This document shows, piece after piece, positions 26,931 through 32,000 of a stretch of DNA of 32,000 nucleotides. This stretch comes from Candidatus Iainarchaeum sp. (GTDB lineage: Archaea; Iainarchaeota; Iainarchaeia; Iainarchaeales; CSSED10-239): contig JAQVTI010000006.1 in the NCBI GenBank assembly GCA_028700115.1, forward strand, positions 1-32,000, read 5' to 3'. The notes beneath the pieces were generated by a model. The model searched no databases. It saw only the letters and a list, made by a program, of their open reading frames with translations, and was not told the DNA's origin. A program made the translations under genes and the position numbers. Every line of letters starts with the position of its first letter. Position 1 is the stretch's first letter.

Positions 26931-27040
26931 AAAGGATTTTTCATCTTTGTTTCTGCTTTTATTTAAATTTATTTTTCATTTTTCTTAGTTTTTATAGTTT
27001 TTTTAAAATACCCTTAAACCATATCTATTTAAATCTTTTT
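26931..27040. repeat. Copy B of the dispersed ~100-nt direct repeat (partner at 784-880)
   Basis: See copy A. It lies between the tbp stop and the 5S rRNA gene, ending 78 nt before 5S. Confidence 0.85.
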
Positions 27041-27118
27041 TTTAATATTATTTTTGATTTTTTAATGTATATTAAAAAAAACATTTATTTAAAAACATTG
27101 TGGTTTATAATTATTTTG

Positions 27119-27232
27119 TTAGCGACCATAGGAATAAAGAAACACCTGGTCCCATTCCGAACCCAGAAGTTAAGTTTATTTCCGTTCTTGGATGCTGTTA
27201 GTTCTTGCTAGCTGCGACTTGATAGTTGCTAA
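27119..27232 (+). rRNA. rrf: 5S ribosomal RNA, not linked to 16S/23S within this window
   Basis: CACCTGGTCCCATTCCGAACCCAGAAGTTAAG matches the universal 5S loop C/helix III core. The termini TTAGCGAC and GTTGCTAA pair as helix I. A T-rich tract follows. Confidence 0.93.
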
Positions 27233-27375
27233 CTTTTATACTTTTTTTAATTTAAAATATTTTTTTAAAAATTTATTTTATTTTTTTCTAATTTTTCTAA
27301 TTTTTAAAAAAACAATTCTTTTTAATATATTTTTGTTTATAATCTATATTATATATTAATAAATTTTGAATAATT

Positions 27376-29310
27376 ATGACTGAAAATAAAGATAAACCTT
27401 TTTTAAGTAATTATAAATTATGGATATTATTAATTTTAATTTTTGTTCTAGCTTTTGCAATAAGAGGGCATTTATTAAAATATGATTATATGTTTGAGTT
27501 TGATACCTATTGGCATCTAAGAGCTACAGGATATATAGTTCAAGGTGATTTACCAGATGTTGATCCTTTAGGTTTTTATAAACAAGAATCTTCTGCATAT
27601 ACTAGAAGACCTCAATTTTTATGGTATTTTACTGCTGCTCTTTATGCTTTATTTACATTAGGTGCATCCTATGATAAATGGCTTTTAATGAGTTTTGCTA
27701 GGCTTTTACCTGCAATTTTTGGTGCATTAATTTCTTTTTCAATGTATTTTTTAGGAAAAGAAATATATAATCGAAAAGCTGGTTTTGTAATGGGGGTTAT
27801 TTCTGCAACAATTCCTGCATTTGTATATAGAACAATGGCTGGTTTTTTTGAAGAAGATGCACTTGGTTTTTTATGGTTAGTTTGGGGTTTTATTTTTTTA
27901 GTTAAAGCTTTGAAAAATATGCATTCTACAAAAAAACATTTAACAAATGGTTTAATCTCTGCTGTATTTTTTGCACTTATGTCTTTTACATGGGATATGT
28001 TTATTTTAATTCCATTAGTTTTAGTTTTTTATTTTATTGCAAATACAATATATATGGCTTATAAAAATTCTAGTAATTCTGAGATTGCTTCTTTTGTGAA
28101 GATTTTTTTAATTATTTTTATTGTTTTTTTCTCACTTGCTTCTCTTTATCAAGGAACTGGTTGGGTAAAAAAAACTACAAATTATGTTACTGATTATCTT
28201 CCAGTTTCTTCAGAAAATATAGATAGAATAAATAAACAAACTATTAATTCTTCAGATGTTGTTGGAGCAACTGTTGGTGAAGAAAATACAGGTAAACAAT
28301 TTTTTTTACTTAAGTATAATTTTTCTGTATGGATTCCTTTTGTGGTTTTAGTTTTAATGATTTTTTATTTATTATTTAATCCTAAAAAAGATTATTTTAC
28401 ATTATTATTATTCTTTTGGATTGCAATAACTTTATTTATGGCATGGTCTAAATTAAAATTTACATATACTTTAGGTATTCCAATTGCTGCTGCTACTGGA
28501 TTTTTATATTATTTTTTAGAAAATTATGTTATTAAAAAAAATTCTATTTTATTAAAAAGAATTTTTGTAATATTTATTAGTATAATTATCCTTTCTTCAA
28601 TTGCTGCAGGATCACATTTTGTATCTACAAAAGTTCCTCATATAACTACCGAAAATGATTGGAGAAATTCATTATTTTGGATAAACGAAAATACTTCTCA
28701 AGATGCTAAATTTTTAAATTGGTGGGATTATGGTCATTGGTTAACTTATTTTGGAGAAAGAAAAGCAAGTACTGATAATACAAATTCTTCTATTGAAGGG
28801 GATTCTGATTTTGCAATGCTTACAATTACTACTGATAATAATACAATTAAACATATTTTAACAGAGTATGATGCAGAATATTATATTGCAGATAATTCTT
28901 ATTTTTCTAGATTTTATTCTTTTGGAATGTATGCTTATATTACTACAAATTATCAAGATCCAAGAATTTCTAAATATTTAACTTATTCTTCAGATTGTCA
29001 AACAGGTTCTATTAATAATGAAATTGTATATAAATGTGGAGAGCAAATGATTAAAAAAGAGGAATATGATAAAATTTCTACAAAATGGACTGATAAGCCT
29101 ACAACTATAATGAATGGTGTTCCTGTTTATATCTATAGAGATCCTAACTTTTTAAAATTATATATTTTAAATTCTTCTGGAAATAATTCTTTTTTATCTA
29201 GATTATGGTTTGGAGAAAAAGAAATATCTAATCTTTTTTCTTTAGAACATCAAGAGGGAAAAGTAAGGGTTTATAAAATTAATAAAGAATATTTAGATAG
29301 TTTTAATTAA
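27376..29310 (+). CDS. aglB: Archaeal oligosaccharyltransferase AglB (STT3 family)
   Basis: WWDYGHW catalytic motif, N-terminal polytopic membrane domain with FEFDTYWHLR and FFEEDALGF acidic loops, and a soluble C-terminal domain. Confidence 0.92.
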   Translation: MTENKDKPFLSNYKLWILLILIFVLAFAIRGHLLKYDYMFEFDTYWHLRATGYIVQGDLPDVDPLGFYKQESSAYTRRPQFLWYFTAALYALFTLGASYDKWLLMSFARLLPAIFGALISFSMYFLGKEIYNRKAGFVMGVISATIPAFVYRTMAGFFEEDALGFLWLVWGFIFLVKALKNMHSTKKHLTNGLISAVFFALMSFTWDMFILIPLVLVFYFIANTIYMAYKNSSNSEIASFVKIFLIIFIVFFSLASLYQGTGWVKKTTNYVTDYLPVSSENIDRINKQTINSSDVVGATVGEENTGKQFFLLKYNFSVWIPFVVLVLMIFYLLFNPKKDYFTLLLFFWIAITLFMAWSKLKFTYTLGIPIAAATGFLYYFLENYVIKKNSILLKRIFVIFISIIILSSIAAGSHFVSTKVPHITTENDWRNSLFWINENTSQDAKFLNWWDYGHWLTYFGERKASTDNTNSSIEGDSDFAMLTITTDNNTIKHILTEYDAEYYIADNSYFSRFYSFGMYAYITTNYQDPRISKYLTYSSDCQTGSINNEIVYKCGEQMIKKEEYDKISTKWTDKPTTIMNGVPVYIYRDPNFLKLYILNSSGNNSFLSRLWFGEKEISNLFSLEHQEGKVRVYKINKEYLDSFN

Positions 29311-29321
29311 AGTGATTTTTT

Positions 29322-30344
29322 ATGAATATATTATTTATTTTTTTGTTTTTTTTTATATTTTCTTTTTTATTTTCTTTGATTTTATCTAAATTTTTTACAA
29401 AAAAATTTATATATATTACAAAGAAAAACAATTTTTTAGGAAAAGACATGAATAAAATAAATAAACCTTTAGTGTCTGAACTTGGAGGAATACCTGTAAT
29501 TTTATCTTTTATAATTTCTTTAATTTTTTCTTTTTTATTTTATATAATTTTTTCTTTTGATATTTTTAATATTTATAATTTATTTATTTTGTTTTCTGTA
29601 TTTTTAATAATTATGTTAATTGCATTTTTAGGATTTATAGATGATACTTTAGGTTGGAAAAAAGGAATTTCCCAATTTCAACATTTTTTATACCCTATTA
29701 TTTTTTCTTTACCAATAATTTTATTAACTTTATTTTTTGGAAAAACTAGTTTTTATATTCCTTTATTTGGGAATTTATATATTGGTGTGTTATATTCTTT
29801 TTTACTTGTTCCAATTGCAATTACTGCAACGACAAATGCTTTTAATCTTCTAGCAGGATATAATGGTTTAGAAGCAGGTTTAGGAATTATAATTTTTTTT
29901 ACAATTTCTATATTTACTATATTTGAACAAAATTTTATTATTTTAATAATTCTTGCTTGTTGGGTGGGTGCTTTATTTGGGTTTTTACATTTTAATAAAT
30001 TTCCTTCAAGAATATTTCCTGGGGATATAATTACTTTAGTTAATGGTGTTTTAGCAGGTGTTTGTGCAATTATTTTAAATTTAGAAATTTTAATTGCTTT
30101 TTTAATAATTTTATTTATTATAGAATTTATTATTAAAGCAAAATATAAATTTAAAACAGAATGTTTTGGGATAATTTCTAAAAATGGGATTATTAAACCA
30201 AATCCAAAAAAAGGTTCTTTAATTCATTTTGTTTTATCTAAAGGTGTTTTTACTGAAAGGAAATTAGTTTATTTTTTTTATATTATTCAAATTTTAATTT
30301 CAGTTATTTCTTTAGTTTTATATTTTTTAATTTTTTATAATTAA
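29322..30344 (+). CDS. Polyprenyl-phosphate N-acetylhexosamine-1-phosphate transferase (MraY/WecA/GPT family, AglH-like)
   Basis: GFIDDTLGWKKG, NAFNLLAGYNGLEAG and FPSRIFPGD. Polytopic membrane protein. GTGAT SD at 29312-29316, 11 nt after the aglB stop. Confidence 0.85.
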   Translation: MNILFIFLFFFIFSFLFSLILSKFFTKKFIYITKKNNFLGKDMNKINKPLVSELGGIPVILSFIISLIFSFLFYIIFSFDIFNIYNLFILFSVFLIIMLIAFLGFIDDTLGWKKGISQFQHFLYPIIFSLPIILLTLFFGKTSFYIPLFGNLYIGVLYSFLLVPIAITATTNAFNLLAGYNGLEAGLGIIIFFTISIFTIFEQNFIILIILACWVGALFGFLHFNKFPSRIFPGDIITLVNGVLAGVCAIILNLEILIAFLIILFIIEFIIKAKYKFKTECFGIISKNGIIKPNPKKGSLIHFVLSKGVFTERKLVYFFYIIQILISVISLVLYFLIFYN

Positions 30345-30359
30345 TTTTATCTAAAAAAT

Positions 30360-31448
30360 TTATTTATTAAAATAATTAGAAATTCTTTTTTGAAATAAAG
30401 CATTTTTTAAGATATTTGATTTTTCAAACCAAAAATTACTTTTATTTCTAATTTTATATATTTGGTCTAAATATGTTTTAAGTTCTTCTATATTTTTAAA
30501 AAATTCTGGTTTTTCTAAAAGAGCACATTTTATACTTTCTCTAATTACCCAAACTCCTTTAGATTCATATCCTTTTTCTATATCTCTTATAACTAAAACA
30601 CTTGCAGTTCTTTTTTCTTTTTCTAAATATTTATTTATTTCTAATCTTGTGGCATAATATGCTCCTGTTACATTATTTGCATATTCTTTTTTTGCAAAAT
30701 TTAATTCATAATCATTATTTATTATATCTTCTGTGCCTTCCATCATTTCAAAATTCCATTTAAAGGGCATAAATATAATATAAAATTTATTTTTATAAAA
30801 ATCAAATTTATATAATCTATATTCATTTATTGGATTATAATTTATAGTTTTTTCTAAAATATTTTTACTTAAAATATCATCTACTGCAGTTATTGCAAAT
30901 TTAGTAGGTACAAATATTTTTTGGTTATTTATTCCTAAAGATCCAGAAGATAGAATTTGTTGTATTTTATAAACATCTTCTTTTTTTTTAAATAAATATT
31001 TTATTGCTTCACTTGCCTTTATATCTCCTTGGGATGTTATTTTTTCAATATGGTTTGAGATTTTGATATTATTTATTATTTTAAATTTTTCAAAGTCATA
31101 AGCTATATTTGAAATACCTATTTCTTTTTCAATAATTAATTTTTTTTTAGATTGCATTTGCATTTCTATTTCAGCTACATTTTTTGCTTGTGTTAATAGT
31201 TTTAATTCTGTAATTTCTTTTGTATTTTTTATTGCATCTTTTTTATTTAACATTTTAAAACTAAATTGTTGATTTTTTCGATAGTTATCAATTTCTTTTT
31301 CATCTTTATATTTTATCCATTTTTTTGGATCTTGTTTTTTTGCATTTTCATAATCTTTATAAAAGCCAGGTCCAATTGAAATTTTTGGAAAGTTTTTAGA
31401 ACTTACAAATATAAAAGGTTTTGAAAATCCATTTTTTTCTTTAATCAT
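30360..31448 (-). CDS. Nre-family DNA repair protein (DUF650/DUF651) with C-terminal PIP box
   Basis: N-terminal KPFIFVSSKNFPKISIGPG resembles the Nre_N PSVFVG..YP.V.VGP motif. VTGAYYATRLEINKYL...ASVLVIRDIEKGYESKGVWVIRESIK resembles Nre_C. The C-terminus QKRISNYF fits the PCNA-interaction consensus Q-x-x-[ILM]-x-x-[FY]-[FY]. Confidence 0.7.
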   Translation of the reverse strand: MIKEKNGFSKPFIFVSSKNFPKISIGPGFYKDYENAKKQDPKKWIKYKDEKEIDNYRKNQQFSFKMLNKKDAIKNTKEITELKLLTQAKNVAEIEMQMQSKKKLIIEKEIGISNIAYDFEKFKIINNIKISNHIEKITSQGDIKASEAIKYLFKKKEDVYKIQQILSSGSLGINNQKIFVPTKFAITAVDDILSKNILEKTINYNPINEYRLYKFDFYKNKFYIIFMPFKWNFEMMEGTEDIINNDYELNFAKKEYANNVTGAYYATRLEINKYLEKEKRTASVLVIRDIEKGYESKGVWVIRESIKCALLEKPEFFKNIEELKTYLDQIYKIRNKSNFWFEKSNILKNALFQKRISNYFNK

Positions 31449-31616
31449 GTTTTTTCTTTTTTTTTAAGATAGATTTAAAAATGATTTTAAGTATATATAT
31501 ATTATAATTATATCCTTTAATATATATTTTTATATTATTTATGACTTTGCTGTAAAAGTCAATAATTTTATATCAAACTATTATAAGGTTTGGGTATTAA
31601 AAAACAGGTGTGGGTT

Positions 31617-32000
31617 ATGTTTAAATTATTACGTTTATTTATTAATAAAGATTCATCTCCTAAAATATCTAGGAGAAATAATATTGCCATTTTTGTAGAT
31701 GGACCAAATATACTTAGAAAAGAATTTAATATTGATCTTTCTAAAATTAGAACTTATTTAAATAATCAAGGTTCTATAAAAATCGCAAAAGTATATTTAG
31801 ATCAATATGCTACAGATAAATTAATGGAAGCAGTAGTAAATTTAGGTTTTGAAACTGTGATTACTGTTGGAGATGTTGATGTTGCTATGGCAGTTGATGC
31901 AACTGATACAGTTTATAATAAAGAAATAGATACTATTGTTTTTGTTTCAAGAGATTCAGATTATTTACCTTCTATTTTAGTTGCAAAAAAACATGGTAAA
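31617..32000 (+). CDS. NYN-domain (LabA/DUF88-like) predicted ribonuclease, 3-prime end beyond the window
   Basis: Absent from the ORF track because there is no stop in the window. ATG at 31617 is preceded by GGTG (31607-31610) and the frame stays open for 128 codons to 32000. Motifs: IAIFVDGPNI, GDVDVAMAVDA and VFVSRDSDYLP. Confidence 0.75.
   Translation, partial: MFKLLRLFINKDSSPKISRRNNIAIFVDGPNILRKEFNIDLSKIRTYLNNQGSIKIAKVYLDQYATDKLMEAVVNLGFETVITVGDVDVAMAVDATDTVYNKEIDTIVFVSRDSDYLPSILVAKKHGK

Overview
Very AT-rich, tightly packed archaeal chromosome segment. By eye GC is well under 30 percent; I did not compute it. I call about 33 protein genes, one tRNA-Ser(UGA) and one stand-alone 5S rRNA. 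Most genes are archaeal housekeeping: aRF1, TruD/Pus7, Hel308, proteasome beta, aCPSF1, Fap7-like kinase, Dph2, class-I CCA enzyme, the L21e-RpoF-DUF655-KsgA operon, TBP, thioredoxin, AMP phosphorylase, UppP, AglB plus a GPT-family glycosyltransferase, an Nre-family repair protein and a NYN-domain protein. Tiny spacers, overlapping convergent stop codons, an orphan 5S gene and several Asn/Lys-rich membrane or secreted orphans fit a small-genome, DPANN-like archaeon. That assignment is inference only. I found no CRISPR array, transposase or integrase. The best candidate for something undescribed is the block next to tRNA-Ser (14.5-18.4 kb). It holds a 470-nt noncoding gap with unusual composition and structure. 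It also holds a ~980-aa HerA/FtsK-class ATPase with unassignable N- and C-terminal modules and no NurA/Mre11/Rad50 partner, and a translationally coupled ~96-aa protein whose sequence pattern resembles a single TBP-fold half. Other unexplained signals are a GC-rich island with tandem GACGG units and a 45-nt hairpin at 0.5-0.75 kb, and a ~100-nt dispersed repeat present at 784-880 and 26931-27040. A GTGAT/GGTG Shine-Dalgarno signature also shows that several longest-ORF starts (MIFM, MIHM, MIVM) are probably 3 codons too long.
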